Assembly (NCBI GenBank): GCA_965228855.1
Contig: CBDDIJ010000005.1
Location: forward strand, 640,001-704,000
Source of the DNA: Candidatus Obscuribacterales bacterium
GTDB lineage: Bacteria; Cyanobacteriota; Vampirovibrionia; Obscuribacterales; Obscuribacteraceae
Direction: 5' to 3'
DNA: 64,000 nucleotides
Positions within the stretch are counted from its first letter, which is position 1; the number at the start of each line of letters is the position of its first letter. Below the pieces are notes generated by a model. It searched no databases and was not told where the DNA came from. It saw only the letters and a program-made list of their open reading frames with translations. Position numbers and translations under genes: made by a program. Below are positions 20,001 through 28,700 of the stretch, piece by piece.

Positions 20001-23000
20001 GTCACGGCGCCTGGAATTAAGATGCCACCATTCGCCGAATTCAGATACAAAGAATCCGCCACTACAGTCTGGGCAGCCGGCACGGTAATCGTACCAGTTG
20101 ACCAGAGAGCCAGGTCGCCGGTCACGGTGGACGACCTGAGGTCTATAGCACCACCGGTGTTGTTGAGATACGCATTATCAGCGCCAGCACTGATCGCCAG
20201 AGCGTTGAATGCGAATGCGTTTGCCTGACCTCCCGCCGCGCCGATGTTCCCGTCAGACTGCAGCACAAGCGATTGAACCGGCAGGCCCACTCCACCATCG
20301 AGCACGCCCGAAACTGTGCTTCCGTTGATATCTCCTGCCGAGGTCAAAGAGATTGTGCCGGCAGCGCGCACTCCACCGTCGAGATCGAAGACACCATTCG
20401 TCGCGGTCAAGCTCACCGAGCCGGTCGTCGACTGTATCAATGCGCCGGAGACAGAGCTCAAATTCTGATTGGCGGTAACGGAAATATCGTTCGCAGCCGA
20501 AGAGGCGAGGTAAATCGAAACGCTGTTGGCATCGGAGTATGTCACCGAGCCGGCGGAGTTGAACTGCAGTGAATCTACATCGAGCACAGAAACATCTATG
20601 TCGCCGGACGTTGTGGTGAGATTCGCAGCCAGAACATCGAAGGTGCCGGTCAGATCCGCATCAACGATGCCGTTTCCAGAAGTTATGGCAATCGTAGTCC
20701 CAATCACCGAGCCCGGAATCTGCACATTCGCGGAAGTGGACGTCAAGTTGGTTACCGGTGAAGAAATCGTGCCGGTGACAACGAGAGCGCCAGTTGCATC
20801 AACCTCGAAGACCGAACCGGAGAAATTAGTTCCGACGATGTTGAGCGCCCCGGTTCTGGTGGCATAAACAGAATTTCCCGGAGCTAACAAACTGCCAGCC
20901 GATGCCGAAAAGTTGTTTGCGTTTACGACAAAGGAGTCTCCCAGCAATCCGACACTTCCAAACGTTGATGTAAGATTGAGAGTATCGGTAAATTGCAGAC
21001 CGGTTGTAGCACTGTTGGTTATTGGACCACCAGAGCTCAACGTGACGCTGTTGGTACCGGTAGTGGTGCCAGTGATTGTGAGGAAACCGCGCGGAGCAGA
21101 GAGCAGCAGGTCATTTGCACTCACTGTACTGGCGAGACCAATTACAATGTTTCCGAACTTCAGGTCCTCATCAGGTCTGGCGAGGTCGAATGTTCCAGTG
21201 ACGACGCTGTTACCAATTAGATTCAAATCCGGCGAACCGCTGATAGCGTCTGCAAAAACATATGCTGAGCCACCCGTGTTGACGGTCAAATTGAGCGACT
21301 TCGTATTCAAGCGAGACGACGCGTCGGTTCCGATATCGCCGTTCGTGGAGCTGAGCGTCAAGAATTGCGCGCGGATCTGCGCTCCATTCACAGTATTCAT
21401 GTCGGTACCGGACGACAAGGAGACGTTCGCGCCATACATATTGGCACCGATCTCCATCAGTCCTCCGGCTGTCAAAGATATGTTCGTGATCGTTGGCGGA
21501 ACGCCAAAGTCTCCAGTCCCGATAAGCCCGGAAGTGGTCAGATCATCGTCAGCTGTGACTATGAAGTCTAGTGAAGACGTATTAGTTCCGTTGATATTAA
21601 CCGAGTTCGGGTCATGAACCGAAACGGTTCCGCCCTGGAGATTCAGATTGACGGCATCGATATCGAGAGGATTTCCCATTCCTGAACCGATGTTCGCAGC
21701 TGCTTTCAAATTGATTTGGTCAGCGCTCAGAATGTTCGGGTTATTGTTTAAAGTGTTATCGTCGATAGAAGTCGCTGAGTCCAACGTGATCGACTGATTA
21801 GCAGTGAGAAGACTGAGTACCAAGATATTGCCGACGGTTGACTTGATAGTGACGTTCAGAGCATCAACAGTACCACCGAAAAATACCGCGGCATCACCTG
21901 TGATATTAAAGTTTTGCGGTGTCGTGACCGTGTTTGGAATTCCCTGAAAGCTCGCAGTGCCGGTTGCGGTAATGGTGATGTTTCCTGTGGTAGTCTCCAA
22001 CGACTTGAGAAACAACACATCACCTCCAGTCGAAGTGATGTCGATAGAACCGAATGCTGAAATTGTTCCGATACTGCTCAAGGCACTGATAACATCATTA
22101 GCTGTGATTTTGACATTGCCTGCGGTGCTGGTTATATCTCCGGCTCCAATTGACATAGGACCATCTAAACTGATGTCACCGGGTGCTGTAATGTCGCCCA
22201 GAACTACCAGACTGTCATCGCCGGACAGCTTGACGTAGCCGCCGGTTGAGGTAACTGGTGCACCTGGGTTCTGGATCATATTTGCCATCGATGTCAACTC
22301 GATGTTACGCCCAGCTGTCAGCGGAGCATTGATATCAAAACTGTTGTCTGTTGACACGAAGAAGTCGGTACCTGCGGACGAACCGGCCACAAGCTGAGTA
22401 TCTATAGACGTCGCAACGTTGGAGACATACACGCCATTAGCAGCGATGAGCAACAGATTCTCGGCATTCGTAACCACCCTAGAGCCGAGTGAACCAATGC
22501 TACCGTTTGTCGATGACAGCGATAGGCTTAGGACTGGATCACCTAAATTGTTCAGCGCAACCGTTCCAAGCCCGTTAGCAGGAATGGTATTACCTGACGT
22601 GAGCGCAACATTTACCCCATACACCGCCCCAGTCAGTCCAAGCGAGCCGTTGGTTGCTGTGAGCGTGACGTTCGGAGCAGCAATGACACTGCTGGCGGTG
22701 CTCAAAATATTATTGGCCGCAATCACTGTGATGTTTGTGTTTGCCGACGCGTTAGTTATTGTTACCGAGTTCGGATCAACAATGTAGATGTCTCCAGCAG
22801 TCGCGGTGGCGCTGAGTCGATTGGCGTCGATATGCAACTGATTGCCCACTGAGCCAACCGACCCGGAGAATGACAAAAGATTCAATTCCGGCGACACGAT
22901 CGTAGCGCCAGTGAAACTAGAATCGACTATCGATGCATTGGAAGAAAGGTTAATCTGCGAGCTGCCTGTGATCACGCTACCTAGAGAGAGCGAGCCTGCA

Positions 23001-25684
23001 GAGCTCACAAGCTGAACTATATCTGCGAAAATATTGCTCGTGCTCGAAATATTTCCGGCGGCGTTGGTCTGAAGTAGATTCGTCACGAACGTGTCGCCAC
23101 CAGCAAAATTGATGGCCCCGGTACTGCTTATAACCGCATTGTTTGCGGTGACTGCCACATTGCCACCTGTCAAGCGCGCTGTCACAGTCCCTGTATCAGA
23201 GGTCAAGTAAGTTTGAGGAGATGTCACTTCGACGCCCAGCGCGGTATCGATGTTGCCATTTGCACGCAAGCGCACATCCGTAGTGCCGGTAACATCAGCA
23301 TCTAGCTGAATCGCACCTGCGGTTGATCTCAAAACCACGTGGTCAGCAATGTGAGGAACAGCATTAGAAACTGTGAGAAGCCCTGTTGAAGTTAGGTCAG
23401 CGGTACCACCGGTCACAAAACCGGAAAGTGAGACATCATCAATGTCGCTAACGTAGAACGATCCCGTCGGACTATTCACGGCAAGATCATTAGCATCTAT
23501 CCGAACGCGATTCGATGCGGAACCAATATCTCCGTTAAACGACTCAAGTTCTACTCGGTCGGAGACCAGTAATGAAGCATTGCCACCACTTACGACTCCG
23601 GCGTTCCCGCTGAGATAAATGGAGTTTATAAGAGACGTATTAGTCAACACGACTCCTGCTCCCAGAGTGATGATGCCATCAGCTGTGATCGATATACCAC
23701 CCTGGCTTGTCAAATTCTTAGAGATGATGACATCACCGCCGGTAGGCGATGCACTGTAGGTGAGATTGTTTGGTGAGGTGATATTGCCTGCTGCATCAAA
23801 AACAATCGGACCACCAGTGGAAACTGGTTGCGCGGTCACAGCAGAAATCAGTCCGGATTCTAATACTCCACCTGTGGTATCAATCACACCCAGGCGTATG
23901 GCGGTCGTGCTTTGAGCTCCAGCAACGAGGAATACGTCACCATTGGTCCCGGTTCCGCTTCCACCTGTTCTTATGGTCGTGTTGGAAACGTCAATTCTGC
24001 CGGAGTTAAAGTTGAGACCGCTGAAGGCGAACATGGAGACATCGCCACCATTTGCGTTCCCGCTTGTCCCTCTCGAATCTATCGTGACACCGCTTCCCAG
24101 AAGGATACTTCCCCCTGATGAGGAAGCCAATCCTGTCAGGGTTGTTCCGGATGCGACAGCACCATTGGTCGATGAAACATTTGTGCCACCAGCAGTCTGT
24201 TCTGCGCCAGCAGCCATGAAGATATCGAAGCCGCCTGTCGTTTGTGCGGTACTTATCGTGATGTTGTTGGCGCTCGTAATGTTTCCACTTGCAATTATCG
24301 CGAGCTTCTCGTTGACGGAAATATCTCCGTTGATGTTGATGTTTCCGGCATTGTTCTTATATGTCGGGTCACCAGTCAGGCAAACGTTTCCAATATTGAG
24401 ATCGTCAGTCGACGCACTCAGGTGAGCCTCAGAACCGGTTTGATTTACAGTCCCCGTCAGCTCGCCGACATCGGCACGCATGATGCCGCCGCCGGCGTTC
24501 AAGTTCAACTGTCTCGAAAAATAGTCTCCACCGCGAAGGTTTGTGTTCGAAGAACCAACATAATCGGCTGCTCTCACGTTGATGTCGCGACCAGCCGAGA
24601 AGGTTCCACCAGCTCCATTCACGTTCAACTCAGCTGTTGAAGAACCATCTATGTTTATGTCACCGCGCATTGCTTGAACGGCGCCGGAGTTGTTAATCGA
24701 AGAAGCGTTGAGATTTACATCGCCCTTCGCATTTACGTTTCCAGTATTGGTCAGAACATTGCCGGCACTTAAGGTCAGCGTTCCCCTGGACGTAATAGTT
24801 CCGTAGTTTGAAAGATTTCCGCTAGCTAGCAGTCCCAAACTGCTGTCGGCGGTGATGCTGGCGCCGAGTTGGTTGACGATGTCGTCAGCGCGAATAACTC
24901 CACCGTTGCGTCCGTTTCCATAGGTGTAAACGGTACCCGCGTTATTTAAGTCACCGAGCAATTTGAAGTCGGAGCGCTTGCTGAAGTCACCATATGTAGT
25001 GACGTTCACAGGAACCGTTAAATCGGTAGCGCGCAGTACATCGTTATTTGCCGTGATAGCACCGAGGTCCACCTCGCCGCCTGTCGCAGCTCCCTTACCG
25101 TCGATGACAATCTTTTGCGAGCTGCCGGAGAGAATTTGTTTAACAGCTATGTATTCGGCGGCGCTAACCTGTGAACCGGCAGCAACAGTTTTTGTCTCGC
25201 CACCAACATTGATCTCGACTGATAGCTTATTGTCGAACAGGTTGCGACCAAGTGTGATGTTTCTCACATCAGAACCAAGGTCCAGATTGACGCCATTGCG
25301 AAGATTCACCAGGGTACCATCGCCGCCCTGCACTGACTGATTGATGACGCCCTGCCGCTCCAATCTACGACTGAGGCGATCCATTCGAATCGTGTCTACT
25401 GAGTTCGAAACCGACGGGACGGCTAGATTGTTTCCGCCGCCTCCTATTGTAGGAACAGCAATCGTGTTGACTGCCGCTCCCCGATGTTGTCCGAATTCCT
25501 GGCGGAACATCTGACGAGCAGCCTGTCTATCGATGCCAGGATTCTGTTCTCTAAAGTCGCGGAAAGATGGTCGATCGACGTCTGCGGCATGCGCTTGCAT
25601 AGCCGACGCGAACAACGAACCACTTATTACCGCGATCCATTGTTTTACGAATGACTTTCTTACTTTGACTGCCTTCTTACTCAT
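14048..25684 (-). CDS. Giant secreted beta-helix/haemagglutinin-like repeat protein A (3878 aa)
   Basis: Basic N-region + AHA signal peptide; GAGGA RBS; G/S/T/N/A/V-rich beta-strand repeats; conserved C-terminal domain ending PRTVALQW. Confidence 0.9.
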   Translation of the reverse strand: MSKKAVKVRKSFVKQWIAVISGSLFASAMQAHAADVDRPSFRDFREQNPGIDRQAARQMFRQEFGQHRGAAVNTIAVPTIGGGGNNLAVPSVSNSVDTIRMDRLSRRLERQGVINQSVQGGDGTLVNLRNGVNLDLGSDVRNITLGRNLFDNKLSVEINVGGETKTVAAGSQVSAAEYIAVKQILSGSSQKIVIDGKGAATGGEVDLGAITANNDVLRATDLTVPVNVTTYGDFSKRSDFKLLGDLNNAGTVYTYGNGRNGGVIRADDIVNQLGASITADSSLGLLASGNLSNYGTITSRGTLTLSAGNVLTNTGNVNAKGDVNLNASSINNSGAVQAMRGDINIDGSSTAELNVNGAGGTFSAGRDINVRAADYVGSSNTNLRGGDYFSRQLNLNAGGGIMRADVGELTGTVNQTGSEAHLSASTDDLNIGNVCLTGDPTYKNNAGNININGDISVNEKLAIIASGNITSANNITISTAQTTGGFDIFMAAGAEQTAGGTNVSSTNGAVASGTTLTGLASSSGGSILLGSGVTIDSRGTSGNANGGDVSMFAFSGLNFNSGRIDVSNTTIRTGGSGTGTNGDVFLVAGAQSTTAIRLGVIDTTGGVLESGLISAVTAQPVSTGGPIVFDAAGNITSPNNLTYSASPTGGDVIISKNLTSQGGISITADGIITLGAGVVLTNTSLINSIYLSGNAGVVSGGNASLLVSDRVELESFNGDIGSASNRVRIDANDLAVNSPTGSFYVSDIDDVSLSGFVTGGTADLTSTGLLTVSNAVPHIADHVVLRSTAGAIQLDADVTGTTDVRLRANGNIDTALGVEVTSPQTYLTSDTGTVTARLTGGNVAVTANNAVISSTGAINFAGGDTFVTNLLQTNAAGNISSTSNIFADIVQLVSSAGSLSLGSVITGSSQINLSSNASIVDSSFTGATIVSPELNLLSFSGSVGSVGNQLHIDANRLSATATAGDIYIVDPNSVTITNASANTNITVIAANNILSTASSVIAAPNVTLTATNGSLGLTGAVYGVNVALTSGNTIPANGLGTVALNNLGDPVLSLSLSSTNGSIGSLGSRVVTNAENLLLIAANGVYVSNVATSIDTQLVAGSSAGTDFFVSTDNSFDINAPLTAGRNIELTSMANMIQNPGAPVTSTGGYVKLSGDDSLVVLGDITAPGDISLDGPMSIGAGDITSTAGNVKITANDVISALSSIGTISAFGSIDITSTGGDVLFLKSLETTTGNITITATGTASFQGIPNTVTTPQNFNITGDAAVFFGGTVDALNVTIKSTVGNILVLSLLTANQSITLDSATSIDDNTLNNNPNILSADQINLKAAANIGSGMGNPLDIDAVNLNLQGGTVSVHDPNSVNINGTNTSSLDFIVTADDDLTTSGLIGTGDFGVPPTITNISLTAGGLMEIGANMYGANVSLSSGTDMNTVNGAQIRAQFLTLSSTNGDIGTDASSRLNTKSLNLTVNTGGSAYVFADAISGSPDLNLIGNSVVTGTFDLARPDEDLKFGNIVIGLASTVSANDLLLSAPRGFLTITGTTTGTNSVTLSSGGPITNSATTGLQFTDTLNLTSTFGSVGLLGDSFVVNANNFSASAGSLLAPGNSVYATRTGALNIVGTNFSGSVFEVDATGALVVTGTISSPVTNLTSTSANVQIPGSVIGTTIAITSGNGIVDADLTGTFDVLAANLTTTSGDIDVSVLDVDSLQFNSAGSVTYSDANSVSIYLASSAANDISVTANQNLSSVSGALIQSTTGSVSLTATNGVFDLDGGVRAAGTISLTSAGDINGSTVSGVLDGGVGLPVQSLVLQSDGNIGAAGGQANAFAFNALAISAGADNAYLNNTGGAIDLRSSTVTGDLALWSTGTITVPAAQTVVADSLYLNSANGGILIPGAVTIGSRIELISFNDILTANFANPLSAPTIVLNATNAGATIDVTADFQNVSASATTVVLTDTTGSMNIGPGASTATSFTASAPVNISNDGTIDAATVSLTATAGGFTFNNAISGTTSITLTSGDDILNGVGLGQLITPTLVATSTNGDIGTALDPLSLNVTTVTLNAALGNVWVENAGAVTVGGASSAQGVFSLHANGLITVDSTVNASDVDFTAIAGSSQYVQINAAVTGTTSVTVSSDNGIVAADGMNNIVSPRINLVTTVGPIGVSGNSVLVDTAVLSIQSVGDAFVSDSNSVDLAASSAVGTFNVTAVNDLTSSGTVSAAYVSLTATTGNLVLSGLTRGTSSITLSSAGSILNANIVGGLDSGAGIPVVQLNLTSTGGDIGVGLDFLQVDVDNITANATTGSVFVQDANAMNFGPGGSAASNAVGEVFQAIAGGVLTSTGAISGNAVRLQSGDKFDLDGAVTATTQIRLDAQNDIVNADITGGLNSPDLYLTSALGSIGESTDYLLVNASTASLSAGGSVYFTSTSALNLQTIAAATDTFIASSNLSLVVDIAVTGADVRLDGATGLTLDANVTGTNSVTLVSGAGLTQTSGTVIGGALNVDFVTGPVTLVTDVDSVTATGGSTQILTINERDGIDVTSADVGTFALNASQIASGDVLISGAIDASFVNIVNAGGNVTIDADIDAAILLTIDTSGGSGFIQQTSGTLTAGDLAVTAASGGIGGSGNELIVTNGANPLSLTANATGGGDVSIVYAGTSTVVVQATAGNDFFTLDTTNGGSILLNGAVSGTGTLSLGTSNLTSLVGANFDQINVFNTAGALSMTGGTYTTANGFTVLSAAGINLSGNILLNGTGEAAFTVGAEPDNFIVNAGAVVTGVNRTTINACDLTFDGIITGNPLVIVCSNNGTIANSNGDVLLPSDLVFVGQNLAILAAGNITTTGSTSINLSGPTGSGSLTLMAGYDFTPATAGQIQSPGLFTITGVNANGGSIDLTNVTINLNGGAGSGGNFTAVANAGTLNDGSIVLHTINTTGAVNGGNVNITGPGGITVGSINTVGGTASGNVNMAVATPTIVGGPITVQNGVLLSGSFGVGAQTAGDLIVTTIDAGLANVVLTGALGATDVISQTPGLISANNLTVNVGDGVATLGSTAVATLNASSSGLGTVDVSDVDALNLGAITGSDLSLVVSSGGSLVATSAFNIGIVELTTTAGDIVLNASVGGSNYVELSSAGTITQTAGTLQGGTLFLDFATGPVTLSTNVDRLSTTANAVTLTINEANDLILSSQGVDVLNVNVTSGAVTTDSDFTVGTLSINVADGTVAVSNSIGATGTSNVFADDGVTSSGAGVINGDIVVLDTNASLGVDAANRLQINANTFQVEGQNVFVNNTNTLASTLNASSATNTLDVSTAGDLVSGGDYSAQVVALATGGAFDLTSTINGTTSVSLTTDGDLTNITGTLNTPTLLLNSVSGNVGTDANNPFLVAANVSSIGGSAGNGFFVSSASTAGVNFVAITAAGDINLTANGGLNLTQNITSTGGAFAVTATQDTLDIADGITILAHDQIDITMLGSTKKRDSIVFGNGSSVLTNAKTPGLGNINIVLGAPQSPGRKTPTPKKFVTIVENGGSVLFGGKKAQAVSGGIVFTAQGADVYVSTFNPKSIVFEGNNIITADPPVAEGTPMTIRTFGNAGSAAGTLNALNDLSTNSLDGSVTMSPIAITNPVATFSVNNEMRAMQLISLNNATGTFSGGDSLASLTSTASGVTLATVPSGGPGHDDSYMSTSEPTATIVDAKLCSDLELSGDSLMSSLSKVSHNQCVTMDSGSVLFVPKTDTTVVTPKGRVKIAADSVAMVVVDQNHLSVYDVNDQHKRSVVIEAGGRSIPLSPGKHAIVTHSSVQQFAEINPVEAVMHRGLAHHDLGNGHKAFTSEFSVPSAIQAIKPLAAIVQSQHREARKVRAGVLKTTAVIMQMTSNGPAYELHTKPRTVALQW

Positions 25685-25739
25685 TAACCCGATCCTCGAT
25701 TATTGTCGATTGCAACTGCTTGACTACGTGCCGATGGTA

Positions 25740-25768
25740 GAAGGGCTCCGCATTTCGCGAAGCCCTTC
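25740..25768 (-). other. Intercistronic stem-loop between giant genes B and A
   Basis: Minus-strand GAAGGGCTTCGC-GAAAT-GCGGAGCCCTTC, 12 bp including one G-U; no U tract. Confidence 0.65.
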
Positions 25769-25779
25769 CAGTTAGTTGA

Positions 25780-28700
25780 TTACCATTTGAGTGCCACCGT
25801 CCTTGGTTTGGCGTGGAACTCGTACGGAGTGTTGGAAGACAACTGCATGATGATTGCGGAAGTCTTCAAGACACGCTCCTTAACTTTCTTCGCCTGACTG
25901 TGATTCGAAAGAATCATCGCCGAAAGCGGTTTAATACATTGAATTGCCCCAGGAACGGAAAATTCGCTCGTAAACGCTCGATGTCCGTTGCCGAGCTCAT
26001 GGCGGCTCAAACCTCGGTGCATGATCGATTCAACTGGATTGATGTCGGAAAACTGCTCGACACCAGCATGAGTTATGACTGCGTGGCTACCGGGCGATAA
26101 CGGTATGCTACGACCGGCCGCCTCAACAACTACGCTGTTTTTATGCAGATCGTTAACGTCGTAAACGGAGAGATGAGTGTCTTCTACTACCACCATTGCG
26201 ACTGCGTTTGCAGCGACTTTGACCTTGCCCTTCGGCGTGACGACAGTCGTGTCGCTCGTCGGAGCAAAGAGAACACTGCCGGAATTTACGGAGACAACAG
26301 CGCTATGTTTCATCTTCTCGACACCGTTGAAACCGACATCGCCAACAAATTCGATATCGCTGCAGATGCTCGCATTGACCATCGTTCCCTGAGGCGAAGT
26401 CGTAGTCATGTATGAGTCATCGACTTGCGAAACAGCTACTGTACTCAGATCGCCGCTCGTGAGAGCGCCGGAAGCGCCAGATGTAATCGTTGCGTTGTTC
26501 ATAGATATGTTCTGGACACCTTGAAGAACGGACGCTCCCAAACCGCTCAGGCTGGTAGAGTTCGCGGGTAGCAAGTTCAGCGCTGTATTGAGGGAGGAGA
26601 TGGAACCAAGTTCGTTCGAAATTGTTGCGGTTCCAAGAGCACCAGGTTGGGAATCTCCGCCAACACCGGCAAATTGACGAATAAGAACCGGCGTTCCTTC
26701 GGCAACTGGAGGGTCAGCAGTTATAGTGACGTTGCCCTCGAATACAATCGATTTCGGATTGAAGGTGCTGACATAAACATCTGCGCCCTGCGCGGTGAAC
26801 ACGTTCCCTGGCGCCGCAGCCTGAGCTTTCTTACCGCCGAAGAGCACGCTTCCGCCATTCTCAACGATCGTTACGTTCTTCTTGGGCGTCGGAATTTTGT
26901 TACCGGGAGATTGGGGAGCACCAAGGACAATGTTTATATTGCCGAGCCCAACTGTTTTCGCATTCGTCAAAACTGATGAGCCCGCACCGAATACGATCTT
27001 ATCCCGCTTCTTAACCGTTCCGACTTGAGTTATATCGATCTGGTCATGAGCCAGGAGAGTAATACCATCTGCAATATCAAGCACGTCTTGAGTGGCTTGA
27101 ATGGCGAGCGCGCCACCGGTCGATGTGATGTTCTGAGTGAGGTTCAATCCCCCGTTTGCCTTCAGCGATATATCGTCACCAGCGGTGATCGCAACAAAGT
27201 TGACTCCACCGGTTGCGGCACTTGTGACGAAGAAACCACCACCTGCGGTTCCACCTATAGACGTAACGTTTGCAGCCACCAGGAAGGGGTTATTCGCGTC
27301 GGTACCGACATTGCCGCTTACTGAGTTAAGGAGTAAAGTCGGAGTGTTCAGTGTTCCTGTGATGTTGGTCAGGTCACCATCCGTGGTGAGCGATACGCTG
27401 GTCGAGCCATTTATAGTGCTGGTGAGATCGAAGGCTCCACCAGTCGAGAGAGCGACTACAGCCGCGCTGTAGTCGCCGCCGGAGACCAGATCTCCAACCG
27501 TTGACACATCTAGAGTGCCTACAACTGAACTCGCGTTGAGCGTTGACGCTGCAACGTTATTGTTGTTGACGAAAACATTTTGGCCCGAAACCTGGAAAGT
27601 GTTGGCATTGATTTGCAGCTTATCCGAGGCATCCACACCAAGCGCGGCATTTGTATCCAGAGTGACGGCGTCGCCGTTTATCACTCCCGTGCCGCTAGAT
27701 GTAACGCCATCATCGGCGAACACGTTTGTGGTTCCTGTAGCTCCGATGCTATTTGATACGGCAAAGGTTCCGTTTGCAACATTGACCGTGAGGTCATCGA
27801 CCGTGAAGTCTGAGTTCGTAGTGACAGCGCCGCTAGCTACGTTTACAGTCAGGACGTCAACGCCCTGAGTGTCCAGGATCAAGTCGTCGGTCTCATTGAT
27901 AGTCAGATCAGTAGAGCCGGTTCCCGCGTTCGACAACAGTGTCGAAACGCTCGTGTTCAAGGTCACTGGTCCGTTGTTGAATGTGATGCTGAACTGACCA
28001 CCACCAACAACGCCGCTTGTTTGAGAGATTGTTCCATCCGCGTTGAACGTGATGAACGTAGCGCCGGAGACATTGCCGTTCAACAGTATGTCGCCGCCTG
28101 CTGACGTCTGAAGATTCAGATTATCTATGTTGATGGCGTTGGACGTGGTCGAAATCGTTCCGCTTGCGCTTACATCGAGATCTTGCGTGGCTCCTACGAT
28201 GTTATTGAGCACAATCGGACCTGTTTGGTTAAGCAAACTAATCGTGCCGCTTCCATTGGTATTCAACTCATTCAGTCCAGAGTTGGATATTGTTGCCGCA
28301 CCATCACCGACATTTACGTTCAAACGATTGGCGTTTACGCTCTGCACGTCGATATTATCGAGTGCGCCGAATGCACCTAGAAGGGTCACGTCCCCAGTCC
28401 CGGCAACGAGAGAGTTAACCGTCAGATCGCCACTGGTAGCCGTACCGACTCCAAAACTTCCAGTAAGAACTAAACCGTTTTGAACCGTTACCGGACCACC
28501 GACTATGGTCGGATTCGCCACGCTCAGTGCTACATTCCCGCTGTTCGTTCCACCGTTGGTGGTGACCGAGTCGATCGTAATACCGCCAGGAGCAGTAACC
28601 GTCACGTTGCCACCATTTATGGTGCCCGTAGTGTCGACGGTACCAAGGATGACGGAACCATCATTCAACGATCCGGCATTTGCAACTGCCACGAGGTTGC

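Noticed and set aside
24362..24382. CLTGD as an intein/Hint block A
   Set aside because: Followed by Pro and beta-repeats; no TxxH block B or HN(C/S/T) terminus seen.
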